NCBI RefSeq assembly: GCF_009914755.1
Contig: NC_060925.1
Reading direction: 5' to 3' (one strand)
Source of the DNA: the human T2T-CHM13v2.0 reference genome, Homo sapiens
DNA length: 64,000 nt
Below, one piece after another: positions 53,003-64,000 of the stretch. Both the position numbers and the translations under genes were made by a program. Below the pieces are notes generated by a model, which had not been told where the DNA came from, did no database searches, and saw only the letters and a program-made list of their open reading frames with translations. Every line of letters begins with the position of its first letter. Position 1 is the stretch's first letter.

Positions 53003-53635
53003 TTTTTCTATTTGATAAATAATGATTGCATCTATTTATGGGGTACAATGCGATGGTTTGATACATGTATACATTGTGAAATGATCAAACTAGGCTAATT
53101 AATATATCTACCACTTCACATATTTATCATTTCTTTGTGGTGAGAACATTTAAAACCTACTCTTGACAGGGCGCAGTGGGTGGTTCATGCCTGTCATCCC
53201 AGCACTTTGGGAGGTCAGGGTGGGTGGATCACTTGAGGTCAGGAATTCGAAATCAGTCTGGCCAACATGGTGAAACCGCATCTCTACTGAAAATACAAAA
53301 ATTAGCCGGGCGCGGTAGTGCACACCTATAATCCCAGTTACTTGGGAAGATAAGGCACAAGAATAGCTTGAACTCAGGAGGTGGAGGTTACATGAGCCAA
53401 GATTGCACTACTGCACTCCAGCCTGGGTGACAGAACAAGGCTCTGTCTAAAAAATAAAATAAAATAAAATAAAACCTACTCTTTTAGCAATTTAAAAATA
53501 TAATTTATTATTATATTATTATTAACTATAGTCACCATGCTGTGTAATAGATCACCAGAATTTATTCCCCTTGTCTAACTGAAACTTTGTACCCTTTGAC
53601 CAATGTCTCTTCCTTCCCCATCCACACCCCATCTC
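53003..53635 (-). mobile_element. L1MA 3' end, split by an Alu
   Basis: TATTTATGGGGTACAATG...TTTGTGGTGAGAACATTTAAAA...TTAACTATAGTCACCATGCTGTG...AACTTTGTACCCTTTGACCAA. Confidence 0.9.
53165..53469 (+). mobile_element. AluS with (TAAAA)n tail
   Basis: 14-bp TSD TAAAACCTACTCTT (53151-53164 and 53470-53483). Confidence 0.95.
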
Positions 53636-55105
53636 CTAGTTTCCACTAAAGGACTTGATCTGGATGAGATCACCTATCCAAGAAACAGACAGCGGCACTT
53701 TCCCACTGGATGCTTTCCTTCCCCTTGGCCTCCCAAGGGTTAACCTGCAGATAACAAACCCCTGCCCCCACCACTTCCCCCCACACACATACACAATCTC
53801 TCCCATTCCCCACCAATCCAGGAAAGCAGAATGGCTCAGGCAGCTGGGCAGGGGGGTGTTTAGCTTGGCCTCAGCCCAGCACTGCAGACAACTCCTCTCA
53901 ACATATAGACAGCCAGGCTGGCTCCCTTGGACCAAGTCCCTCCCTTCCTTCCCCAGCAGAGAAAGGCCCTGGAGAAGGCCCCTCCTGGAGTAGGGGACAG
54001 GGAGGGAGGCTGCACTTCAGGGCTAGAGAAGAGTCTGAAGGGGATCCCATCTCTCAAAGGCATCTTTACGCCGCAGTGGCCGCTGCACCTCTCCCTGCTC
54101 TTTGCCAGAGCAACTGGGTTAAGGCAAGAAGACATTGAGGGAACACCATGCAGCCCCCAGCTCCAGGACTGGCAGTGCCAGGGAGATGATGCCAGTTTTG
54201 ACAAGCAGAGACAAAGGTGACCTTGGGAGAAAGCAGACAGACAAGGAGTCATGTCATTCCCTCCCCTTTTCTGTCTGGGCAGTAAATGCTGAGCCCCGGG
54301 GGAGTGAAAGGGCCAGCTGCTCTGAGCTGGGCTGTGGAGGATGACAGTGTCCATGTGGCATGGGCAGGGCACATCTGTACCTGTCTTTGGACCCAGACCC
54401 CATAGCTTTGGCTCTGCCACAGCCCCTGTCACCTCATCTCAATAACTTTGATAGCCAGCAAATAATTCTGCCATGTCACCTTTAAGAGAAGCCTCTAAAG
54501 TGTTCCAGGGCACATGCCCCTACATAAGGGGGTGGCCCAATGTAAACTTCTCTAGTGTCAAGAAGGGCTTTGTAAGGGTCCTGTACCTAATTCCATCTGG
54601 TCTTCTTCTGTCTCCAGTCACCAACTCTACCCTAAGACACAGGTCCCCAACCACACCCACTGAGCCCCCAAAACAGCTCTCAGTGCGGCATCCTAAACCC
54701 TCATCACCAACCAATCTTCCCTGTCCATGACACTGCCTTCAGACTGCAGATTAAACTGGTCCAGCAACCCACCTGCACCAAGTCATCCCCAGTCCTGTTG
54801 CCCTTGAGATGACAGGGTGCCTCTACCTCTGGTCTGGTCTCCCTGCTCCCCGCAAGTGACAATCCAATCATGCCCTGGCTCACAAACCTGCAGTGCTTCT
54901 CTACTGTCTGCAGGATGGAGGCTTGAAATGCAAGGTCTTTTACAATCCAGCCCCAACTTATTTATCCAATACGATCTTCTGCTACCACTGTACAACTGAA
55001 AGCATAGATTTGCTGTGAGTGATACAAGTCACTGGTGCCACAGGAATTCAGCGGAAGGAGAGGTTAGTTCTAGCTGAGGCCATCAGGGCAGACCTCCTGA
55101 AAGAG

Positions 55106-55152
55106 GTGTGTGAGCGTGTGTGTGTGTGTGTGTGTGCACGCACATACATACA
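55106..55152. repeat. (TG)n microsatellite grading into (CA)n
   Basis: gtgtgtgagcgtgtgtgtgtgtgtgtgtgtgcacgcacatacataca. Confidence 0.9.
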
Positions 55153-56509
55153 CTGGGGAAAATACTTAGATCATGCACTAGGCCAACTTGCATACTGCCC
55201 AGCTTGCATTCTGCCCTCCTCCTCCCTGCCTTACCCTCCCATGGGCTTGTAAGCACAAAAGACATATATTTGCAAATTCACATGGATGCAGGAAATGCTT
55301 TTCCTTACTTGAAGATTTGTCAAACTCCAGGCATCCAGGTCAATGACTGGAACAGAATCACAAAAGCTAGCAACTGCCTGTGACAAGTCCCCTGCTAGGG
55401 CTGTACCAGAACAATAAAGAAAGCCAGGTCTAAAGAGGCCTCCTCCAAGGCTCTGGCAGGGCAGTTTGCTGGGAAGGCTTCCATTTTGCCTGCCCCTGAG
55501 CCCTGCTGCTCCTCCAAAGGACTAGCACCGGAAAGAAAGAAGAGCCTGAAGGCAAGGAGGAAAGAGTTTTTAAAATCTCATCTCTTTCTGGACTCCCAGA
55601 CTTTTCAGTTTGAACCCTTGGAGGGAAGGGTATGAGAAGAGTTAAGAGAAACAATCCAATCTCCTCTGCCTTCTGTGATTCTGGCAACTCTATGCCATAT
55701 ATCAATGGCCAGGCAGGGGAGTTGGAGATGAAACTGAGTTGGGGAATGAAGGGACAGATCAGACCAGACTAGTGGACGCCTAAACCAGCCAGCTCCTCCC
55801 TTCCCAGGCAATGCTTCAGGCCAGAGAATGAGGAGACCAGAGCCAAAGGAATAAGAAGGAAGGGAATCAGGAAGCAAAAGACATAAATTGTAGCTCTCCC
55901 CAGCTCTACCAAGCAAGCCCCTTCCCAGTAGCTGCTACCTTCTTACTAGCCTACATCCTAACTCACCCGGCGAGATGTCACCATTGCAGAATCATTCTGA
56001 ATGGGGCTCCTACATGCTCTGAGACAGAGCGAGACCAAAAAATGGAAAACAGAACTGAGTAGTGAAGACAACAAGTGAGCATGAGATGAGGAAAAAGAAA
56101 GAATTAATGAGCTCTCGTTGGAATTAATTTTAAAGGAGCAAACAAAAGCAATTAATGTGGAAGGGTGGAATCCCTCACCTCAGCTGCTCTAGGAGAAGCC
56201 TCCGGGGTGACTGGAGACCTGGCTGTCTGCACTGTGTTAGAAAGAAGATGGCGGTCTCTCACTTGGGGGGGGAATCCAGGGAAAATGACTCACTTGTGCT
56301 CCAGTGGAAGGGGAGGAGCAATTGGGAGGCACGTACCACAGTAGTCATATGTATGCTGGTGAACAACGCACACACCCAAAGATGAGGAGGGCAAACCCGT
56401 CAACTGCGTTGCCAGCCATAAAGCATGCCAGGTGGGTAAAGTGCTTGTCAAAGCCTTGAGAACAAGAAGCCATGGCATGACAGGCAATAGGGAATGAATG
56501 CCCACTCGA

Positions 56510-56625
56510 TGCCAAGTGCAGCCCTGGATGGCTTACAGTCTTATTTCTTTTCATCCAAACAACCCTATGAAGTATTCTTCTCTCCATTTACAGATGAGGA
56601 AACTGAGGTTCCAAGAGGTTAAGCC
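56510..56625 (-). mobile_element. MIR
   Basis: AACAACCCTATGAAGT...CCATTTACAGATGAGGAAACTGAGGTTC. Confidence 0.85.
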
Positions 56626-56649
56626 TACAGAAGGGAATGTGTGCCTTAA

Positions 56650-56925
56650 ATTCCCGAAGACCTAGATTTGAATTATGGCTCCACGACTTTCTAACTAGGT
56701 GACCCAACTATGTCACTGTGCACATGTTACCTAACATTTCCAAACCTCAACTCCATCCTCTATAAAATAGGAATGCTGCTACTTACTTTCCAGCTCTACC
56801 AAGGAAGTCCCTTCCCAGTGGCTGCCACATATGTAAAAGAATGTAAAAGAATTCTTTTACATATGTGAAAGAATATATGTAAAGCTCCTAGCCTGCTCTG
56901 TTAAATGCACATACAAAGTGTGTGG
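56650..56925 (+). mobile_element. MIR disrupted by a complex insertion
   Basis: AAGACCTAGATTTGAAT...GGCTCCAC...CCTCTATAAAATAGG...ATGTAAAGCTCCTAGC. Confidence 0.7.
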
Positions 56926-57059
56926 CAAGTGCTTGTTCTCTTCCCACCATCCCCCGCTCCATTAAGGTCATTAGTTCATAAGAACTCATTAGTTCAACAG
57001 GAAGTGCAGTCTCAAATGTGTGAAAAAGGGGAAAGCAGATGGAATTTATGGAAGCCCTT

Positions 57060-57310
57060 TTCTATGCCAGGAACTTTACTAGGTCTTTAGGGTGGGGTGT
57101 TGAGATTAACAAGAAGAACATGACAGAGTCTTTGCCTTCCAAGAGTTTACAACCTAGCAAGCCAAGCCCATAAACAACTGTGAGAAGAGCCATGTGAGAC
57201 AAAGGCAGATAAAGACAGGGAGACTTGTGGCTCCTGTGGGCAACCAGGGAAGGCTGAGAGATCAGATGACTTCTGAAAACGGGCAGGATTTTGGTAAATG
57301 GAAGTAAGAC
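57060..57310 (-). mobile_element. L2 3' region
   Basis: CTATGCCAGGAAC...ACAGAGTCTTTGCCTTCCAAGAGTTTACAACCTAG...CAGGGAAGGCT. Confidence 0.65.
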
Positions 57311-57434
57311 AGGAGCAGACTGCTTCTGTGGAAATGAAGGGGATGGGGAGAGGGACTCTCGCATGGCCTCTCCTAAGGCAGACCCCGGTAGGATGCATAG
57401 GCTACTAACCAATACATGCTTTCAGTCTTCAAGA

Positions 57435-57949
57435 GTGGAAGACCAAAAAGGTCTGCAGATTCTTTGCTGTTCCCTCCCATTGGGAAGTGGAGTCAATTCC
57501 CCACCCCGTGCATCCGGGCAGGCTCAGTTGGACCAGCAGCATGTAACGGACATGACTCTGTGTGACTCCTGAGGCTAGGGCATAAGAAGTCTTGCAGTTT
57601 CCACTTGGGTCTCCTGGAACGCTCTCTTGAGACATTCTGTCTTAGAACCAACCGCCTCACTGAGGGAAGTCCAAGCCACGTGGAGAGGCCACTTGTGGTG
57701 CTCAGGTTGACAGGCCCCGCTGAGCTCCCCGATGACAGCTGGCATCCTTTGCCAGACATGTGAGGAGCCTCCCTGGCAGCCCAGCCAGTCGAGCCTTCAG
57801 AGGATGGCCACGGCCGGAAATGACCCAAGCAAGGGCTACCCCTCCCCGAGCCCAGTCAACCTAGAGAACCCTGAGAGACAGGCATCAGCCCTTGTTCTCA
57901 GCCACTACATTTTGGGTGGCCTGCTATGCGGCAATACATAACCGGAACA
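57435..57949 (+). mobile_element. MLT1 (MLT1H/G-like) ERVL-MaLR solo LTR
   Basis: CCAGTCGAGCCTTCAGA...GAGCCCAGTCAACC...AGCCACTACATTTTGGGTGG...GCAATACATAACCGGAACA terminus. Confidence 0.85.
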
Positions 57950-58169
57950 CTAAGTCTCCATCTCACCAACCTGGGCTGTTACTAGGGAAATTGGGGCAAG
58001 GATCATACTCAAAATGGATGTGAAAAGAGGTGAGAAGAAGAGGAATTGTGTGCTGGGAGAGGGAGAGGAGGGAATCAGTTAAACTTTCCCAGTAGCCTCC
58101 AGCTCCCCAAGCCCCTCCATTCTTCCCAACAGGATCCCAGATCAATATAACTTCATAATTCAATGAACC

Positions 58170-58520
58170 CCCAGGGAAATAACTAGGGGGAAAATCAGTA
58201 CATGTAAAGACATTTATAGCAGAGCTATTCATAACAGCAACAAATTGGAAACAACCCAAATTCTCAGTAATAAGAGAAAAGCAATCCAGTAATGGAGCAA
58301 CATGACAGAATTACTTATAGCTATTTAAAATGACAAATTTATAGATCATTATCATACCTGGGAGTGTTTGTATAAAATAATATTAAACAAAAAAGAAATT
58401 CATGACACAAGACACTAGCTACACATCAATTACAACTATATAAACACAGGATTACAACTATATAAACTATATTAACTGTATAAACTAATTACAACTATAT
58501 AAACTATATTAACAAAGATC
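58170..58520 (+). mobile_element. L1ME fragment with a local ATTACAACTATATAAAC repeat (about 58428-58512)
   Basis: TTTATAGCAGAGCTATTCATAACAGCAACAAATTGGAAACAACCCAAA. Confidence 0.7.
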
Positions 58521-58799
58521 AGGAGGCACATGGAATAGGCATATCCTTTAACACTTGCTTACCCATTTTTAGGCAAAGTTAATTAAGCATTACTTTTTTA
58601 AAAGTACAAGTTAGACCTCACAAATCAAAAAAATGGGGTCATGACCGCATGAGAATTGGAAGGAGACAATATTTTGGAAAATTGGAACATGTTCTGTCAC
58701 CCAGGACAGGGAAAGGGAAGGGTGGACTGGATGACAGGGATGGAGTGAGTGGGAGGGGGGTGTGTTATTCCCCAGCAGGGTAGCTGAATGTTAGAAAAC

Positions 58800-58990
58800 A
58801 AACCCTCTGTGTTTGCTGACACAGTGCAAAGAGAAGGACTCACACAAAAGCCACCCATTATCCCGTAATTATTGTCTCTCTCGTGCCTGCAATTAACGGC
58901 TGTCTGAGAGGCGGCTGCTGGGGTAAATAAATGTTCACCCGCATTAGAGTCAATCAGCCAGCTGAAGCACCAATTAACAGGCCCACTGCA
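58800..58990. promoter_or_regulatory. Candidate developmental enhancer
   Basis: Non-repeat, CpG-retaining; TAATTA, ATTGT, CAATTA twice, GTAAATA, GTCAATCA, CAGCTG. Confidence 0.5.
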
Positions 58991-59761
58991 GAGACACTCC
59001 CGTACCAGCACAACTGCGGAGAGGCAGGGAGAAGATGAGACCACACATCCTGGACACGCTCATATCCCAGAACCAGGCAAGCGATGCTCAAAGCAACAAC
59101 CTGAGCCCCAAGGTAGAAGCTGGTCTTGCCTCAAATGAGCCAAGCTGGGCAAGTAGGTACCCTGACCCCCAGGGCCATGTCAGAGAGGTCTTTTTGTGTT
59201 CACTCGTTGGCCAGCAACATTCCTGGGAGCTGCTATGGCTCTGGAATGGTGCAGTCCTCAGCCTGTGGGAGTCTATAGAGAGAAAGAGATGCAAGAGAAG
59301 GCCTCAGAGGTGCTGTTGCCTCCAGAGTTATGGGAGGAAAGAAACAGAAGACAAAGAGAGGAATCAGACAGGGTGCTGATCCCCGAAACAGACTTACACT
59401 GGCCTTTGGCTATTTTTGTTAAGCAGCAAACTCAGAAACACAGAGAAGGAGCTAACTTCAGAGAAGTCAGAGATGATTCTTTTGTCCAGAGAAGATGGGC
59501 AGGAGAGCGAGCAGCTGATAGGAGGCATCCCAACTCTTCTCCCAGGGATGTGGGGAAGACTGGGGTGCTTTATAGTCCTGTACAGCACACCCGGTGCCTG
59601 GCCACGGTGCTCTACCAGCCAGCTAGGCCCCCTCTCCTACCGTGGTCTGCAGCCAGCAGGGCTCAGGCCATAGGACAAGAAGCCCCAGAAGATGTGTACC
59701 AGGCCCCCAGGAATCCTCTTGGATCAGGAAGGCAGATCATGGTTGTTAGAGATTATCTGGC

Positions 59762-59960
59762 CCAGTGGTTCTCAATCCTGGCTTCGCACTAGAATTACCC
59801 AGAGAACTTTTTGCTCTCTGCTTTGAGGGCTTTTTCAAAATACTGGTGTTGGGTACCCACCAGAGACCAACTGAACCAGGATCTGTGGGGGAAAGGGTAG
59901 GGGCCCAGGAACATGCATTTCTTTAAAGCACCCCCCAGAGGATGCTGGTGACTACTCCAA
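59762..59960. mobile_element. MER5-family (hAT-Charlie) element
   Basis: CAGTGGTTCTCAA...GGGCCCAGGAACATGCATTT...AAGCACCCC. Confidence 0.75.
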
Positions 59961-60452
59961 CTTCCTTGGCTACAGATAAAGAACTGGGAGTCTGGTGCAG
60001 TAATACCTTGCCAAAGGTCAGCAGGGAACAGGGGAGGAGCTATAACCAGTTCATCTGATTGCAGGGATGGAGCTCTGGAAGTCAACATTGCTGGCTAAAT
60101 AAATGAATGAGCTTCTAAGGGTGCACCACAGGGATCTGTTCTTGATCCTGCTGTGGTCTACATTTTCATCCATGATTTGCATAAAGACTTAGAAGGCATG
60201 GTTATCAGATTTGCTACTGACAAAGCTGGGAGGGATGACTAACACAGTGATGGCAGAATGAGGATTCCATATACTGGAATCATAGCCTAATATTAACCAA
60301 AAAAAGTAGATCAGAAACATAAAACCAAACATTTAAACTTTAAGATTCCAACTGTACATATCCAGTGGTTTGAAATACATGAGCTCAAGAGTATGTTACT
60401 AATAAAATGGGGAAAACATAAGTACAATCTATATTTTTTTAAATGCATGAGT

Positions 60453-60767
<315 letters not shown>

Positions 60768-60771
60768 TTAT

Positions 60772-60895
60772 GAGCTGAGCACAGTGGTGCACGCTTGTAG
60801 TCCCAGCTATTCGGGAGGCTGAGGCGGGAGAATTGTTCTAGGAGTTCAAGACCAGCCTGGGCAACATAGCAAAAACAAACAAACAAACAAAAAAA
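60772..60895 (+). mobile_element. FLAM_A-like monomer with (CAAA)n tail
   Basis: GTGGTGCACGCTTGTAGTCCCAGCTA...CCAGCCTGGGCAACATAGC. Confidence 0.85.
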
Positions 60896-61049
60896 CCTTT
60901 ATTATGAGCATTCCAAGAAATAGCTTGTGATCAAATAGTACAGAAATAGCTTTATGTCCCCAGGAACCTGGTCAGTAGGACTAATATCAAGGCCTTGAAA
61001 GATAGGCTTCTTGCTTTCCGCATTCCTACTCCACATTGAATGACTTAGA

Positions 61050-61193
61050 GCAAGGCTTCTCCGCTTTTAATGTGCATATGAATCACCTGGAGGGCCTTGT
61101 TAAAACATAGATTCTGATTCAGCATGTTGGGGTGAGGCCTGAGATTCTGCATTTCCAGCAAGCTCCCTGATGATACAGATGCTAGTGGACCAT
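61050..61193. mobile_element. MER5-family element
   Basis: GAATCACCTGGAGGGCCTTGTTAAAACATAGATT...GGCCTGAGATTCTGCATTTCC. Confidence 0.85.
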
Positions 61194-61834
61194 GAAGACC
61201 AAGGATTTAGAGAGCCCCAGAGGTTTGTCTGTGAAAACAGTCACTCTGATTATGCTGTGGGCATCTGTGTCTTTTCCCCTATAGCCTGGGAACTTGGAGA
61301 AGCAGAGGAGCTAGAGTTGGAGGTAAGGAAGTTCCCAACAGTAAGTGCTCAGCTCACCTGATAAGCAAATGCAATGAATGAGCAAAGAAGAATAAAAGAG
61401 ACCCACTGAAAGAAAGAAAAGACCCATGGGGAGGGAATTTTATTTTAGCCCCGTGTGGGTCAAGAGATTTTCCAAATAGAACGCCAGATCGCAGAACAGC
61501 ATTATAAAAAGGACGCGACTGCATCAGTGAGAGTTCATGTGTGTTTGGAACCAATGTGAGGGGAGGCTTTGGGCTCCCCTTGACCCTGACCTTCCCTCTA
61601 ACTCAGATCACATCTTTTATGCAGCAAAGGGGAGATCTAAGCCTGACAGCTGTCCGTGGGAAAATAACCTGAGGGCTTCAGTACAATGAGCTCAATTTAA
61701 ACACCAGTGATTTGCAAATTTAGTCTGACATAATAGAAATATATCATCAAGTTGGAGGGCATCAGGGTCCCATGGAACAGACCATGTCTAGAGTATTGTG
61801 TTCAATTCCAGACAATTTATTTCAAGAGAGATTA

Positions 61835-62085
61835 AAAGCTACCATGTACTGAATTGCCTTTGGTTGCCAGGCACTGTTCCAAGCTTTTTACATGTATTAA
61901 TGTATTTAACCCTCTCAACAACTCTATGAGGTAAGTACCATCATCACTCACATTTTACAGATGACTAAACCAAGGCTCAGAGAGGTTAAGGATTATAACC
62001 GGGGTCACACAGCTGGTGAGTGGGAAGCCAAGTGCAAACCCAGGCAGGCATATGACAGACCCTGTATCTTCCCCACTGGGTTATA
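61835..62085 (-). mobile_element. MIR (near full length)
   Basis: GCCAGGCACTGTTC...CAACAACTCTATGAGGTA...CATTTTACAGATGA...GGCTCAGAGAGGTTAAG. Confidence 0.9.
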
Positions 62086-62555
62086 CGCTCTCCCCATACT
62101 TGCCTGACTCTTGAAACAATGATAAACAAGTGAGCCCAGAAAAGGATGGCCAGGATGTTGAACTGGTACCACCGTGTGGAAGTTAGAAGGAAACTTAAGC
62201 TCAACATTAAGGAATGATACAAGTTGAAACTGTCTATAACAATAGAAAAAACTACTTCACAGGGCAGTGCTCCTAGTCACTGGGGGCTTTCAAGCAGTGG
62301 CTGGCCTGACCATGTGCCCGAGACACTAGAAAGGCACCTGCTATATGGGAGAAAAGCTGACCAAGTGAAAGATTACTTTCAAGGCTGAGATTCTCAGTCC
62401 CTCCCCTATCCTGGTCATTCCATCTGGAAAAATAGACTCTGACACCAGGAGCACAGCGTCTATAATGAGCTACATTAAGCCCAGACTTGCCCCTGATTTT
62501 GGTGTGTGTGATGGAGAGAAAGTGACAGTAATGCCCAGACTAAAACTTGGCCAGA

Positions 62556-62682
62556 ACCAGGCTCAGTGGTGCGTGCCTATAATCCCAGCTACTCAGGAGT
62601 ATGAGGCAGGAGGATAGCTTAAGCCCAGGAGTTTGAGACCAGCCTGGGCAACGCAGCAAGACCCTATCTCGAAAAAATAAAG
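62556..62682 (+). mobile_element. FLAM_A
   Basis: Monomer with 12-bp TSD AAACTTGGCCAG (62543-62554 and 62683-62694). Confidence 0.9.
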
Positions 62683-62865
62683 AAACTTGGCCAGGATGCC
62701 TGCAATTTGAGCCAAGGGAAGAGTTGCAGAAAATATGTAAATGAGCTGTTGCTGCTGACACCTCGCTCTTCCCTGACCTGTTCTCTCCTGAGGTTCTTGT
62801 GGGAGTGATAAACTCCTCTAAGCCGGCTGAAAATAGCCCGCTCCTTCTCAAAAACAAACATTTAA

Positions 62866-63191
<326 letters not shown>

Positions 63192-64000
63192 TTATAAAAA
63201 GTATAAAAGAGGTTCAGTGTTTTCTAACCCAAATTAATTATACTGCAGACCAGTACCTCATCCATATTATCAGGGTGCCCCAGAAGTGAGTGACAAAGCA
63301 ACATCTCCAAGGAGGAAAGCAGAAAAGGACAGATGAGATGTGATCCAGCCCCATCCTGCCAATCCTTCAGCCAGTGACTGGGAAGCAGGGATCCTGGCTC
63401 TGAGCCAGAAGGTGGAGAAACAAGCTGAAATCTAACCCAGGAAAAAATGTGGGTGTAAGAGTTCCATCATAACCAGAGTTCCCGCACCTCATTCCCTGTA
63501 TGTCACCCCTGCCCCAAGCATAATGCCTGGAGAAGGTGGGGAAAGCGACTTACCGAGCACCAACTCTTTCAAGATATTGTGTTAATTGCTGTGGGGAGAT
63601 ACACATTTATCGGCGAGAAAGACATATGTGGATGGAATATTTCAGAACAACTTGTATTTCCAACTGGCTGATTCAGCCAATTAAAGGACACTTTTAAAAA
63701 TATAACTTAATAAGTATAAGTGTTGATGACTTTGGCCTTGGTTCTGACAACACCAAATCTGGAAGACACTGGGCCCGATTGGGATGCTTTCTATTTTGAT
63801 ACAAAAAAGTCCTTCCTGAGGTCTAGACACTCTCTGTCTCCATGCTTACCACTCTACCCCCTCCCTGCAGACTTTCCTAACAAGGAGGCCAGGACAGCTT
63901 GACCACACACAGCCCATCAGAAGGTGCCTGAGCTTCCCCTATGCCTGCCAACCCAGGCTTCTTTGCTCAGCCCCCTGGCCCCACTCCCTTCGAGGTTTCT

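Noticed and set aside
59196-59792. 198-aa + strand ORF
   Set aside because: No homology recognised and it runs into a MER5 element.

Overview
Primate (very likely human) genomic DNA: about 20 Alu/FLAM copies (AluY, AluS, AluJ), many MIR and L2 relics, old L1 3' ends, an L3/CR1 fossil, DNA-transposon relics (MER3, MER45A, MER46C, MER58B, MER81, MER96B, Tigger3a, MER5) and one MLT1 LTR. I see no CpG island, no recognisable protein-coding exon and no intact RNA gene. The supplied ORFs look like chance or Alu-derived frames, and I could not identify the host gene. The window reads as intronic or intergenic regulatory DNA. The most notable signals are: (i) a single TSD-flanked Alu-left-arm/U2 snRNA chimeric retro-insertion at 48.7 kb; (ii) a templated-insertion plus fold-back scar in a MIR at 56.8 kb; (iii) three similar minus-strand modules of CCAAT box, GC box and a strong 5' splice donor (about 50.6, 26.2 and 7.0 kb), which suggest alternative promoters of a gene lying left of the window; (iv) dense TF-motif clusters that look like enhancers. 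Repeat family names come from recall of consensus sequences, not a database search, and boundaries of old repeats are approximate. I cannot show that anything here is a previously undescribed system.
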